This document shows, piece by piece, positions 27,616 through 37,269 of a stretch of DNA of 64,000 nucleotides. The DNA is from a virus, in IMG/VR virus record IMGVR_UViG_3300046791_000298, positions 1 to 64,000 of that record, one strand, 5' to 3'. The position numbers and the translations under genes are program-made. A model generated the notes under the pieces. That model saw nothing but the letters and a program-made list of their open reading frames with translations. It had not been told where the DNA came from and searched no databases. Within the stretch, counting starts at the first letter, position 1; each line of letters starts with the position of its first letter.

Positions 27616-28347
27616 ATGAAAATACATTTAACCTACATCCTGCTACTGCTGGCGCTTGTCGTCGCCCTGCTATACTTCTACGATCAGAACCGGAAGCACA
27701 TGGCCGAGAGTAGCCGTAAAGACTCTGTTATCGCTGAGAAAGAAGCCGAAATCAAGTACCATGTGTCTGTAACCGGCAGGATGACCTCAGAGAAACGAGC
27801 GGCAGAGGCCACCACCAAGGAAGCCATGGCGGCTTACAATGAGGTCATTGAGGAGATCAAACGAGAGTTTGATGTAAAGGCCAAGGACATTAAGGCATTC
27901 GTCAGCGCGTCCTTCCGGGCGCAAGGGAGCGGCACAGGGACCACTATTATCCATAACCACTATGATTCTGCGTCCAGGCTGACAATCATTGACAGCGCGG
28001 CCTTTAACACGGATCAGGATAAGTTTTTAAAGTTCAACGTCACCTACTATCCTGGCAAGGCTAAATTCTCACCTTATCATTATACCTATTCGGATGAAAT
28101 TCTGATGGCCTTCCATGCAAAAAAGAGATGGAAGCCATTTGGGAAGGAAGAGATATTTGCTTCCGCCAGCTTCGGTAATCCCAATTCAATGGTGACAAAC
28201 CAAACAAGTGTGCTGATCAAAGAAGCGCGGGATAAACGGTGGAGTTTAGGGATGAGTGCAGGCTGGGGATTACTTAAAGTGGGGGATGAGGTCCATACTG
28301 GGTTTTTCCTGGGCCCGTCAGTACATTATGCATTGTTTAAATTTTAG
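27616..28347 (+). CDS. Membrane-anchored coiled-coil protein, spanin-like candidate
   Basis: N-terminal TM, coiled coil, C-terminal amphipathic strands ending YALFKF. Confidence 0.55.
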   Translation: MKIHLTYILLLLALVVALLYFYDQNRKHMAESSRKDSVIAEKEAEIKYHVSVTGRMTSEKRAAEATTKEAMAAYNEVIEEIKREFDVKAKDIKAFVSASFRAQGSGTGTTIIHNHYDSASRLTIIDSAAFNTDQDKFLKFNVTYYPGKAKFSPYHYTYSDEILMAFHAKKRWKPFGKEEIFASASFGNPNSMVTNQTSVLIKEARDKRWSLGMSAGWGLLKVGDEVHTGFFLGPSVHYALFKF

Positions 28348-28350
28348 GAT

Positions 28351-28578
28351 ATGAAAAGATTCATCATTATTCCACTTCTCCTGATTACAGTTTCAGGATT
28401 TTCGCAATCTTTCTTCCACAAAAGAATGAAGAAAGTAAACAAGAGTGAGTCTGAATACAGGTGCGAGGCTGTTCAGATTAAGAAGACATTCGCACACAGT
28501 TTGACACAGAGGCTCTCCTACCAACAAAAACGCGCAGAATACAGGCGTAAGCCGAAGAACAAAAAGCCTGTTACCTGA
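28351..28578 (+). CDS. Small secreted basic protein
   Basis: Signal peptide-like MKRFIIIPLLLITVSGFSQ. Confidence 0.55.
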   Translation: MKRFIIIPLLLITVSGFSQSFFHKRMKKVNKSESEYRCEAVQIKKTFAHSLTQRLSYQQKRAEYRRKPKNKKPVT

Positions 28579-28617
28579 TTGCAAAAAGTGTAAATTTAAA
28601 AATCTTAAATTGCTGAC

Positions 28618-29004
28618 ATGGAGAATCTAACAAAAGAGAATTTCTTTAATGAAATGAAAGAGAAGTACCCAAAGGCTATGGAGCACTTCTGCGCCTGGAT
28701 TGATCAGTATAAAATTCAGGTAAAATGGGATGAACTCTTCTCGTGCCATCCATGGAGTTTAATCCACAATCGGGTCGCTACGGAAGCGGATTACGACACC
28801 CACCAAAGAGGCCAGATTGCACCGCATCGATATAAATATCATGATCTTCCGATTGGGATGCAGGTCGGTATATTTCTTGAATACCTGTTTAAGGAGCATC
28901 AATTACCAGATGAACCAGAAAAGGATTTACACAAATTTGCCTCTGAAGAGTTCACCACACAATTCAAACGCATCGAAGAAAAATTGACAAACCCTAAATT
29001 GTAA
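28618..29004 (+). CDS. Hypothetical protein
   Basis: 128 aa directly upstream of GroEL. Confidence 0.65.
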   Translation: MENLTKENFFNEMKEKYPKAMEHFCAWIDQYKIQVKWDELFSCHPWSLIHNRVATEADYDTHQRGQIAPHRYKYHDLPIGMQVGIFLEYLFKEHQLPDEPEKDLHKFASEEFTTQFKRIEEKLTNPKL

Positions 29005-29006
29005 AT

Positions 29007-30659
29007 ATGAACAAACTCATAATTCCTAAGCACGAGTATTTTAAAAAACTGCAAATTGGTCTGAATAAAATTGCAGATGCCGTCAAATCAACTCTCGGCC
29101 CCCAAGGACAGAATGTAATGATCCAGCACGCTGACGATAGCGTCACAGTCACAAAAGACGGTGTTACAGTCGCAAGCATTGTAAATTTTAAAGATCGCCT
29201 GGAAAATATTGGTGCTAGGCTGATCAAAGATGTGGCACAAAAAACCGTTGACTCTTCAGGGGATGGGACAACAACAGCAACCGTCCTAGCCCAGGCAATC
29301 ATCAATGAAGGATTTAAAAACATTGCTGCAGGCGCAAACCCGATGGAGTTGAAGAAAGGTATTGATCTGGCCGTAGGTCACGTAGTTCGCTGGTTAAAAG
29401 CAGAAAGCCAGCCTATTAAAACAAATGATCAACTCAAAAGCATTGCTACGATTGCAGCTAACAACAATGAAGAGATTGGAAAATTGATAGCTCAGGCATT
29501 CGAGAAAGTTGGTAGTGATGGTATTGTGACGATTGAAGACGGCAAGACCGCAGACACCGAGGTTAGATTTCTGGAGGGCATGCAGTTTGAACGCGGATGG
29601 CAAACGCCACATTTTGTGACTGATAATGGTAAAATGGAAGCGGTTTTGGAGAATCCATTTATTCTGATCCACGACAAGAAAATTACAAACATCAAAGAAC
29701 TCATGCCTGTGATGGAGGCTGTACATGCGGCCAAAGGTTCTATTTTATTAATCTCTGATGATCTTGAGGGGGAGGCGTTCGCTACGATGGTGATGAATAA
29801 ATTACAACACGGACTTAAAATATGTCCAGTCCGTGCTCCGCTGTTCGGAGAATGGAGAAATGCCATTCTGGAGGATTTAGCCATTGTCACAGGAGGCACC
29901 GTGGTAAGCGAGATTTTAGGCATGCGGCTCGATACAATTGATGAGAAAGTGCTTGGGAGGGCTGAAAAGGTAGTTATTAGCCGTGAGAAGACCGTAATCT
30001 TCAAAGGAGCAGGCAAAGAGGAGGCTGTCCAGGCGCGAATAGAGGCGATAAGAGCCCAGATTCCTCAAGCAGTCTCGGAGGTTCAAAAGAACCAGCTGCG
30101 TGCAAGGCTGGCCAAGCTAACTGGGGGCATTGCCATAATTTCAGTTGGAGCCGCGACTGAGATGGAGATGGGCGAAAAGAAGGATCGAATTGATGATGCT
30201 CTGCAGGCCACACGGGCGGCTAAGGAAGAAGGTATCCTGCCAGGCGGAGGTGTCTCGTATTTGAGAGCTAGTGAAGAACTAAATGATGGTTGGGAGAAAT
30301 TGAGCAGAGATGAAAAGACTGGAATAGAAATTGTAAAAAAGGCTTTACGTACCCCCATTGAAACTATACTTGAGAATGCTGGAGAATCAAAGGATGTAAT
30401 AATTAATCAGATTAGAACACGCGATGCTCACGGACCTGAATTGGATTACGGCTACAACGCTAAAACCAGACAGTTCGAGCACTTTATGGAAACTGGCATT
30501 ATTGACCCGACTAAAGTTGCTCGGCTATGCTTGGAGAACGCAGCCAGTGTTGCAGGGATGCTATTGACATCAAGGACCATTATTTACAACGATATCATGC
30601 AAGCACCCCAGGAGCAAATTCGGCCGGATGGTCGTAGCTTTGAGGAACTAGCCAATTAA
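29007..30659 (+). CDS. groEL: Chaperonin GroEL
   Basis: TLGPQG, TKDGVTVA, GDGTTTAT, GANPM, EGMQFERG, KKDRIDDAL, GILPGGG, GIIDPTKV; no C-terminal GGM tail. Confidence 0.97.
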   Translation: MNKLIIPKHEYFKKLQIGLNKIADAVKSTLGPQGQNVMIQHADDSVTVTKDGVTVASIVNFKDRLENIGARLIKDVAQKTVDSSGDGTTTATVLAQAIINEGFKNIAAGANPMELKKGIDLAVGHVVRWLKAESQPIKTNDQLKSIATIAANNNEEIGKLIAQAFEKVGSDGIVTIEDGKTADTEVRFLEGMQFERGWQTPHFVTDNGKMEAVLENPFILIHDKKITNIKELMPVMEAVHAAKGSILLISDDLEGEAFATMVMNKLQHGLKICPVRAPLFGEWRNAILEDLAIVTGGTVVSEILGMRLDTIDEKVLGRAEKVVISREKTVIFKGAGKEEAVQARIEAIRAQIPQAVSEVQKNQLRARLAKLTGGIAIISVGAATEMEMGEKKDRIDDALQATRAAKEEGILPGGGVSYLRASEELNDGWEKLSRDEKTGIEIVKKALRTPIETILENAGESKDVIINQIRTRDAHGPELDYGYNAKTRQFEHFMETGIIDPTKVARLCLENAASVAGMLLTSRTIIYNDIMQAPQEQIRPDGRSFEELAN

Positions 30660-30665
30660 AACTTT

Positions 30666-30848
30666 ATGGGAGAATTATTGAAGTATATCAAGAATAATCC
30701 AGCATACGCAGTCGTGATGGTTGGATTGATCGTATTATTCCTGTACGTCTTATACGAAGAGGTTCAACCTCTGATTTATCTATTAGGCGCAACCATTCTT
30801 GTTGGTATCTGCTTTACAATTTTAAACATCAAAGGGAAATGGCACTGA
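30666..30848 (+). CDS. Two-TM membrane protein
   Basis: Two hydrophobic helices. Confidence 0.55.
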   Translation: MGELLKYIKNNPAYAVVMVGLIVLFLYVLYEEVQPLIYLLGATILVGICFTILNIKGKWH

Positions 30849-31246
30849 AATTAATTTTTGTCATTCTTGCGGCCGCTTGCTGGGGAGTGATGTCGAAATA
30901 TTTATTCCACGGAATTGCTGTACGTCCATATAGTTTTTGGGGCAAAGAGTCCTGGAGGAGAAAATATAAAAGATACATCAATGTGGAACACATGAAAACG
31001 TATACATTGATTAATGCTCCAGATACTCCATATTATCGATTTTTCAAACTCAAATATAAGGAAGCATTTCCGTGGAGTGCAACGTTACTAGTATTTGTAA
31101 CTGATGGATTCCATCTTACTCAATGGTTCATGATCAAATTCGTGATAGCGGCAATCACGCTCGATTGGAGATGGTATTTAGTTTACTGGATTACCTGGAC
31201 TGTAGGATTTACAATCACTTATACATGGCTGAAATGGAGAGAATAA
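30839..31246 (+). CDS. Trp-rich membrane protein
   Basis: SWRRKYK, VFVTDGFHL, several TM segments. Confidence 0.65.
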   Translation: MALKLIFVILAAACWGVMSKYLFHGIAVRPYSFWGKESWRRKYKRYINVEHMKTYTLINAPDTPYYRFFKLKYKEAFPWSATLLVFVTDGFHLTQWFMIKFVIAAITLDWRWYLVYWITWTVGFTITYTWLKWRE

Positions 31247-31247
31247 A

Positions 31248-31634
31248 TTAGCCAGCTGGTGGGTTTTCTTTCTTATCTTCTTCCGAGTCAGTTCCTTTTT
31301 TCCAATGCTTAACACCATCGATGGCTCCTCTAATTCCGAGTGCAGCAAGCAGAATGGTATCGATAATGAACATCACTTTCTCATCTATTTGCCACTTTAG
31401 AAAAAATGCGCTGATAAGTACTCCAGGAAGAAGATACAGAAAAGCATAACCTATGGCCTCCGGCAGTTCCCAATTTTCATTATCACCCTTAAAGCCTCGC
31501 CTTATTTCTTTGTCTTCACGAAAGAGAATGAAATAAATCAACAACATCATAATCAACCACGCAAGGAACCGTTCCCACGATTCGTTATCGTGAGACGTCA
31601 GAAAATCCATAATGCTATCGATTAATTTTTTCAT
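31248..31634 (-). CDS. Multi-TM protein, holin candidate
   Basis: About 3 TM helices and a charged C-terminus, directly after the endolysin. Confidence 0.5.
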   Translation of the reverse strand: MKKLIDSIMDFLTSHDNESWERFLAWLIMMLLIYFILFREDKEIRRGFKGDNENWELPEAIGYAFLYLLPGVLISAFFLKWQIDEKVMFIIDTILLAALGIRGAIDGVKHWKKGTDSEEDKKENPPAG

Positions 31635-32299
31635 GCATTCAAGACGCTGAACATCTTATTTTTAGTAGCACGATCGTAAATGCCGGTTTGTGGTATTCCT
31701 TGATTACGTTGGAATTCAACAAGAGCCGCCCGGGTCTTCTCACCAAAGATTCCATCCGCATTTCCAATATCAAAATTCAACTCCTTCAAAATAAATTGGA
31801 GTTTCTTTACATTCTCTCCTTTGGATCCTACGCGTAATTCCATCTCAGGGAGCTCAGTTGTTTCTACCGCAACGCTGGCTCTACGGAAGGAAGTAATTTT
31901 ATCGACACCATATTTTGCAATACTCACAGCATTACCCTGGTTGCCTCCAATACAGAATACGTGCGTTTTGGTGTGATTGTATCCAATAAAAAATGATACG
32001 TGTCCTTTCCCACTTTCAAGCCCATCACGCTGAAAGACTACGATATCTCCAGGTTCAGGATCATCGGTAGCCATTCCATACAATTCGAAATCTCTGGCTC
32101 TGGCACTACTTGAGAATCCATATTTTGCTTCACGCAATACCCAGTTTGCGAATATCCCGCACCATGGAGTCTCATCATCATTAATCCAATTCGCTCCAAT
32201 GTCGTGAGCATACTGTACGATTGCCTTATTATTCTCATCACCAGCAATTTCTTTTATACCGAGTTGACTTGCTGCAATTTTTACGATTGTTGAATTCAT
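31631..32299 (-). CDS. Endolysin: TIGR02594-type NlpC/P60-like peptidase + peptidoglycan-binding domain
   Basis: DDETPWC, PGDIVVF, GHVSF, GGNQGNAV; GSKGENVKKLQ..L, ADGIFGEKT.AAL..FQ. Confidence 0.85.
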   Translation of the reverse strand: MNSTIVKIAASQLGIKEIAGDENNKAIVQYAHDIGANWINDDETPWCGIFANWVLREAKYGFSSSARARDFELYGMATDDPEPGDIVVFQRDGLESGKGHVSFFIGYNHTKTHVFCIGGNQGNAVSIAKYGVDKITSFRRASVAVETTELPEMELRVGSKGENVKKLQFILKELNFDIGNADGIFGEKTRAALVEFQRNQGIPQTGIYDRATKNKMFSVLNA

Positions 32300-32303
32300 G
32301 ATT

Positions 32304-32546
32304 TTAGTGGTTCAGTGCTTGGATAAGTAAGACTATACCTTCAAGGGTAACTAATCCTCCTAATCCGTAAATGATTTTTTCTAAACGATCAACCTTGGTA
32401 TCCATGACGGCTATTCTGTTGGAGGTGTGCTGGGCATGATCTGTTCTCATTTCATCGAGTTTTATATCCATACCGTCCACCTTCGAAGTTAGGGCTTTCA
32501 AAGATGTAGTAAGCTCTACTAACTTCTCAATTGTGACCCGATCCAT
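32304..32546 (-). CDS. Coiled-coil protein with C-terminal TM (XhlA/holin-like)
   Basis: Heptad repeats then IIYGLGGLVTLEGIVLLI. Confidence 0.55.
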   Translation of the reverse strand: MDRVTIEKLVELTTSLKALTSKVDGMDIKLDEMRTDHAQHTSNRIAVMDTKVDRLEKIIYGLGGLVTLEGIVLLIQALNH

Positions 32547-33091
32547 TACTTATGAACTGTGAATTCAAGTGTCCCTCCTCCAGCCTGATTGTAGGTAACA
32601 GGCGCTCCTCCGTTAACAAATCTTTTCCCTGGGCCAAGAGTGGCCTCCTGAACAAGAGCGGATGTGGTAGCGTGGACATTCTCAATAACAATTTTCTTTA
32701 AATCCTGGCGAGCGCAAACAAGAACAATTGAGGCATTGATATCCACAGAAAACGCTTGCTTTAATTTGATCAGGGTTCCTTCAATTGATTCAATCTCCCG
32801 GACCTCATGGCTTCCGCCTGCACCGCCATTGTACAGCCAATCACTTACTTTTATGGTTGTTGGGAAATCTGCACTTCCGCGAACGTCAACTCCATGTGTG
32901 GATAAAGTTAACCCCTCGACTTCTCTAGCGAAAGGAATTGTACCTGCGGCAGGGAAGGTCTGGCCAGAGCCTCCACTCCCGTCACCTTTCCGTATCGATC
33001 CGTCACCCATCGGGAAATTGTAAGCGCCACCCGCTTTCGCCCTGTAGGTTCCCCGTTCATCATGAAAAATCGTTTCGTTGAGCAATGTCAT
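32546..33091 (-). CDS. Hypothetical, probably virion beta-rich protein
   Basis: 181 aa, Gly/Thr-rich. Confidence 0.6.
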   Translation of the reverse strand: MTLLNETIFHDERGTYRAKAGGAYNFPMGDGSIRKGDGSGGSGQTFPAAGTIPFAREVEGLTLSTHGVDVRGSADFPTTIKVSDWLYNGGAGGSHEVREIESIEGTLIKLKQAFSVDINASIVLVCARQDLKKIVIENVHATTSALVQEATLGPGKRFVNGGAPVTYNQAGGGTLEFTVHK

Positions 33092-33121
33092 GGCTGTAGT
33101 ATTTTAGGCTTAAATTTATAC

Positions 33122-36100
33122 TCAAAATAATTCGTAGCCAAACAGGGTATCACGAGCCTCTTTCCTGGCATCGCCTTTAATTCTCCTGATCTCATCCCTA
33201 ACTTCTTCCTTATCCTTTATCTGGCTCAGATTGTAATATTCCAGAAGTAATTTCTGCTTAGTCAGTTTACCCGCGAGTAAAGAGAATTCATCGTACTCCT
33301 CGTCAGTTAATCCTTTCCCATTCGGCTTTAATGTCCCGCGGCCAGGTCTTCCTATCCATGCTCCATTATCAGCTATAAGAGTCCAAAGATTATCCTTTTG
33401 CTCGTTGGCTTTGCTCGGCTTTAATGGAATGAATCGTTCTATTTGATTAGGTACAACTGGGTCGCCAAGCGCATCATAAATATTACCGAGACGGTCACGT
33501 AAAATCGGCAAATCGCGTATGATCTGATCTCCAAACTCATTAGCCCTTTTAACCGGCAAATCCATTACTTCTTGAACAGACCTACTAACCTGGGTGAAGG
33601 CGTTAGGCACCACAAATGATTTTACGGTTGATTCGGTGCGCTTGGTTGCCTTCTTAAAAAAACTGTCAGCGGATGAAGCAGTGTCTTTGCTGAACGTGTC
33701 GAAAAAAGCACTTAGCGATTGTAGAAAGCTCAGGTCCATAATATACTTCATGGTACCGAACATGACTATACTCACTTTCGCCTCGATATCCTTCTGTCCT
33801 CTGTACTTCCCTAGATCACGCAAATACCCTAGAGTGGCCATGGGAATAGCTATAGGGGTATTTTTGTACTCATACCATGTCCCATTAATTTTAATGCTAT
33901 ATGGTCGCCATCCAGTTTCCTGGAGTTCATAATTTTTAAATATGTCTCCGGTCCCGTCAGCTGTAATTTCAAATGGACCATCATCATCATCCGATAATGC
34001 ATACAAGGCAGTGAACCCGATGATTCCAGTCATCGCCCTGGTTAATACTTTTTGCCGTTCTTCCGGGGTATATTCACGGTGAAGATTTTCTCCAAGAGTT
34101 TCAAATCCTATTCCCCCCTTAGCGGCCCGGAGTAATCCAACAGGAGTCCAGTCCAGATACCGGTTAGCTACGTTTGAAATAATCCTAGTGAATGGAATTA
34201 TAAATTTGATAGGCTTTAATCCTCCGATGTTCACTTTCTCAGAGGCTAGATTTACAAGCGATGTTAACGCGCCAAGCGTTCCTTCCGGATCATAGTTGAA
34301 TGTACCACGAGCCGCGGCATCATTGCTGTCTCTGATCAAAAACTCAGGACGTTGCTGTTCAAGTATCTCGTAAGCCCTCCGCTTCAAATCCCTGCCGGTC
34401 CAGCCCTCCATTTTAGCATCTTCCAGCGCATCTACCCATGGCTTTTCGCCTTTGTAGATCATCTGCTTTGCCGTCTTAATTGCGGACTGACCAGCCTTAT
34501 ATTGACCGTCTTTCTTCGCGGTCTTTACAGCAAGTTCACGAGAACGCATTTCATTAAGGCCCTGGTAAAAGAAGATATCGGCCGCATTCATCAAACGCGA
34601 TACGTGCTTGAGATAATTATACGGATTCCATGGTCCACCTTTAAAAGTTACACGCTCAAGTATGGGACTTGAGGAAATTTTCTGCTCAAATTTTGTGGGT
34701 TGATGGCCATGCTGCATTGTATCCATTGCCTCCAGGAACCCCCGGCCCCAACCACTGAAAAGTCCTTTGAATATCCAGCCGAACTCTTTGGGGCTTGTTA
34801 CTGCAGTTAGATATGCTTCTCCCATTGTTTCAGTAAAGTTGGCACTGATGTTTAGAACCTGGGTGCTGATCCCTGACAGGATGTTTGCATACCAGATAGC
34901 CATTCCAACATCAAGAGGGCTATACCCGTCAATCTTTGAAACATAATTTAACAGATTCTCTGTTGCTCTACCTTTCGCAAATCCCTCTTGGGCTTTCTGG
35001 ACCCGAGAAGCCAGTTCAGTTATTTTTTTTGCCTCCTCAGCACTCATTGACTTAACTCCTATCTTTTCACTGATAGCATCGCGATACTGCTCATCGGAGA
35101 GAGCCCCAACATTAGAAGCATCCGTGATTGTTTTGATCAGATCATTCTTTGCGCCTCTCTCGGCTGATTTCTTCTCACGTGGTAAATATTTTCTTAGTGC
35201 TTTTTCTTTAGCCGCACTAGTAAGTCGATCGAATTCTTTTTCCAAATCTTTTGCCACAACCTCAGCCTGAGCAGGATCCAAATTGGCGTCCTTAACTAAC
35301 TTATCAACTAGTGTGCGTTTCTTTTCATCAACAACAGTGTAATGCTCACGGATGATATTATCAATTTTATCATTCTGAGAACGTAACTCTTCTTTGATAG
35401 CAAGTTCAGGATCGAGAGATACTCGGTAATCTTTTAGTTTGTCAGATAAGAAAGTCTTTGCGCCAGATTCATCAAATTCTTTTGTTTTGACTTTCGCCAC
35501 TCCTTTATTGATTGCCTGGCTGATTGTGAGACCGGCCTCTAACCCTTTTTGAACAACAGTAATCAGCGTGTTCCAGGCTTCTGCGGTAATCCCGTATGTT
35601 ACATCCAGGACCTTGCCCTTTGTATCAATCTTTAAAGTTTCAAGGAAATCAATGGCTTGTTTAACACGACCCTTTTTAACCTCAGATGAAATACGACTTC
35701 TTACTTTTGGATCATTAAGGACTTTATCAAGCGCAGATTTATTGATTGAATCAATTGCATCCCTCGATTGCTTTCGTTTACCCGCTGTCTTCCGGCTATA
35801 ATCTGCTTTGGCCTTTGTAATCTCCTTGCTGACATAACGAAGCGTCCCCTCTGGAGTAAGCAATTCAAATACTTTTCCAGCGTTCACAGCCCGGCCAAGA
35901 TCAGTAAACCATTTAGAAAGATTGTCCGCAACCTTAACAGCATTATCGAAATCCTGGGTTTGGTTGAAATGGCGGATAAGATTCTGACCAAGTACAGCAC
36001 GCGTGTCTTCCGGGATTTCATTGGAACGATCAAGGAAGTCAGCCATTGCCTGTTCGGGCCCTTTTGTTTCAATGATTGCTTTTGCCTCTTCGTCCGTTAT

Positions 36101-36436
36101 CCTGATTCCTTTTGGGATATATGATTTTGCGTCCTCAGATAATCCTGAACGAACCTCCTTAGACAGTTCTCTGTCTTTTAGTATCTGTTGGGTAAATTTT
36201 CTTTTCTTTTTGGATGGCTCCGTAGTTTTATTTAGGGGTGCCCCAGCGGTCTTATAAATTTCATTTAATGCATTGTCAACTTCTGAGAGGGCACCATTAG
36301 CGGCATCGAGTAAGGCCGTTTTTTGTTCCGGTGTTAAATCATCAGCGGTTGCCACCGACTCATCAAGCCCAGCCTTTTTAGCAAGAGTAACTCTATCGTC
36401 ATGCCTTAATCCTGATGATCTTAAACAATTCCGCAT
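33122..36436 (-). CDS. Large internal virion/ejection-type protein
   Basis: 1104 aa helical; IIPFTRIISNV and GWRPYSIKING..YEY resemble C-termini of podovirus ejected proteins. Confidence 0.65.
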   Translation of the reverse strand: MRNCLRSSGLRHDDRVTLAKKAGLDESVATADDLTPEQKTALLDAANGALSEVDNALNEIYKTAGAPLNKTTEPSKKKRKFTQQILKDRELSKEVRSGLSEDAKSYIPKGIRITDEEAKAIIETKGPEQAMADFLDRSNEIPEDTRAVLGQNLIRHFNQTQDFDNAVKVADNLSKWFTDLGRAVNAGKVFELLTPEGTLRYVSKEITKAKADYSRKTAGKRKQSRDAIDSINKSALDKVLNDPKVRSRISSEVKKGRVKQAIDFLETLKIDTKGKVLDVTYGITAEAWNTLITVVQKGLEAGLTISQAINKGVAKVKTKEFDESGAKTFLSDKLKDYRVSLDPELAIKEELRSQNDKIDNIIREHYTVVDEKKRTLVDKLVKDANLDPAQAEVVAKDLEKEFDRLTSAAKEKALRKYLPREKKSAERGAKNDLIKTITDASNVGALSDEQYRDAISEKIGVKSMSAEEAKKITELASRVQKAQEGFAKGRATENLLNYVSKIDGYSPLDVGMAIWYANILSGISTQVLNISANFTETMGEAYLTAVTSPKEFGWIFKGLFSGWGRGFLEAMDTMQHGHQPTKFEQKISSSPILERVTFKGGPWNPYNYLKHVSRLMNAADIFFYQGLNEMRSRELAVKTAKKDGQYKAGQSAIKTAKQMIYKGEKPWVDALEDAKMEGWTGRDLKRRAYEILEQQRPEFLIRDSNDAAARGTFNYDPEGTLGALTSLVNLASEKVNIGGLKPIKFIIPFTRIISNVANRYLDWTPVGLLRAAKGGIGFETLGENLHREYTPEERQKVLTRAMTGIIGFTALYALSDDDDGPFEITADGTGDIFKNYELQETGWRPYSIKINGTWYEYKNTPIAIPMATLGYLRDLGKYRGQKDIEAKVSIVMFGTMKYIMDLSFLQSLSAFFDTFSKDTASSADSFFKKATKRTESTVKSFVVPNAFTQVSRSVQEVMDLPVKRANEFGDQIIRDLPILRDRLGNIYDALGDPVVPNQIERFIPLKPSKANEQKDNLWTLIADNGAWIGRPGRGTLKPNGKGLTDEEYDEFSLLAGKLTKQKLLLEYYNLSQIKDKEEVRDEIRRIKGDARKEARDTLFGYELF

Positions 36437-36654
36437 ATAAAGGCTTTAATGGCCACTAAGATACTTTCTTCATCCTCCTCTTCAAAGTCTGCATGCTCGA
36501 TCTTCTTACCGCCACCGGTTTTAAAGAAGGTAGAGCGTTGTGGTAATCCTCCGTCATCGTCCGGTACCGATGAGAATAAGTACCCGTCTAAAACAAATAA
36601 TAGTGGTGATGAGTGATTAGAGAAATACCCATCGAAGATAAAGGTTAGTTCCAC
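36421..36654 (-). CDS. Hypothetical acidic protein
   Basis: 77 aa overlapping the next start. Confidence 0.55.
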   Translation of the reverse strand: MELTFIFDGYFSNHSSPLLFVLDGYLFSSVPDDDGGLPQRSTFFKTGGGKKIEHADFEEEDEESILVAIKAFICGIV

Positions 36655-36657
36655 ATC

Positions 36658-37056
36658 TTATACTCTTTGAACAGTTGTTGCTGGGCCGCCATAGCCAGAA
36701 ATATCGAGTTCAATATCCCCAGCTTCTCTAGTAGTTGATGTTGCGCTCATAGGAGCATCCGCATTAAGGCCAGCAATTTTATGGAGTTCATCGAGTTTGG
36801 TGAGATTACCGGTTTGTAATATATTATCTATGAATTGCACTTCACTGGACCCCTTGATCGTTGCAGTATTAGTCTCAATTATTAAAACGTAAATGCCATC
36901 TGCGATAGAAACAGGGGCATCTCCGTAGTAGTGACCAGTTCGGTTTGAATTCTCCGTCATGGTTATATTGGAGCCTATTTGTGTATTCCCCTGCCAAAGT
37001 TTTGCCACAAGGGTTAGCCCTGTTTCAGCAATGACAATATTGATTTCATTGGCCAT
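36658..37056 (-). CDS. Hypothetical virion-type protein
   Basis: MANEINIV...; TATTTTTG -7 element at 37063-37070. Confidence 0.65.
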   Translation of the reverse strand: MANEINIVIAETGLTLVAKLWQGNTQIGSNITMTENSNRTGHYYGDAPVSIADGIYVLIIETNTATIKGSSEVQFIDNILQTGNLTKLDELHKIAGLNADAPMSATSTTREAGDIELDISGYGGPATTVQRV

Positions 37057-37086
37057 TGAGAACAAAAATAGTATAATTTATTCATG

Positions 37087-37118
37087 TTTGCTCGATACGT
37101 ATGGAATCCATATATTTA
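37087..37118 (+). promoter_or_regulatory. Promoter of glycan cassette 2, probably leaderless
   Basis: TTTG, 20-nt spacer, TATATTTA, 4 nt, ATG at 37123. Confidence 0.55.
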
Positions 37119-37122
37119 TCGC

Positions 37123-37266
37123 ATGAATGAGACTGTCAGAAAGGAAATACGCCTCCCGATCAAGACCGTTCAGGATCTTGAAAAATTAGCAGCCATCGAC
37201 CAAAGGAAACTGAAACCATACATGGAGAAGGTATTGAGAGACCACGCTGAAAAACCAAAAAAGTAA
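37123..37266 (+). CDS. Ribbon-helix-helix regulator
   Basis: RKEIRLP...LEKLAAIDQRKLKPYMEKVL strand-helix-helix pattern. Confidence 0.65.
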   Translation: MNETVRKEIRLPIKTVQDLEKLAAIDQRKLKPYMEKVLRDHAEKPKK

Positions 37267-37269
37267 TTT

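Noticed and set aside
29394-30358. Minus-strand ORFs within groEL
   Set aside because: Antisense shadows of a conserved gene.
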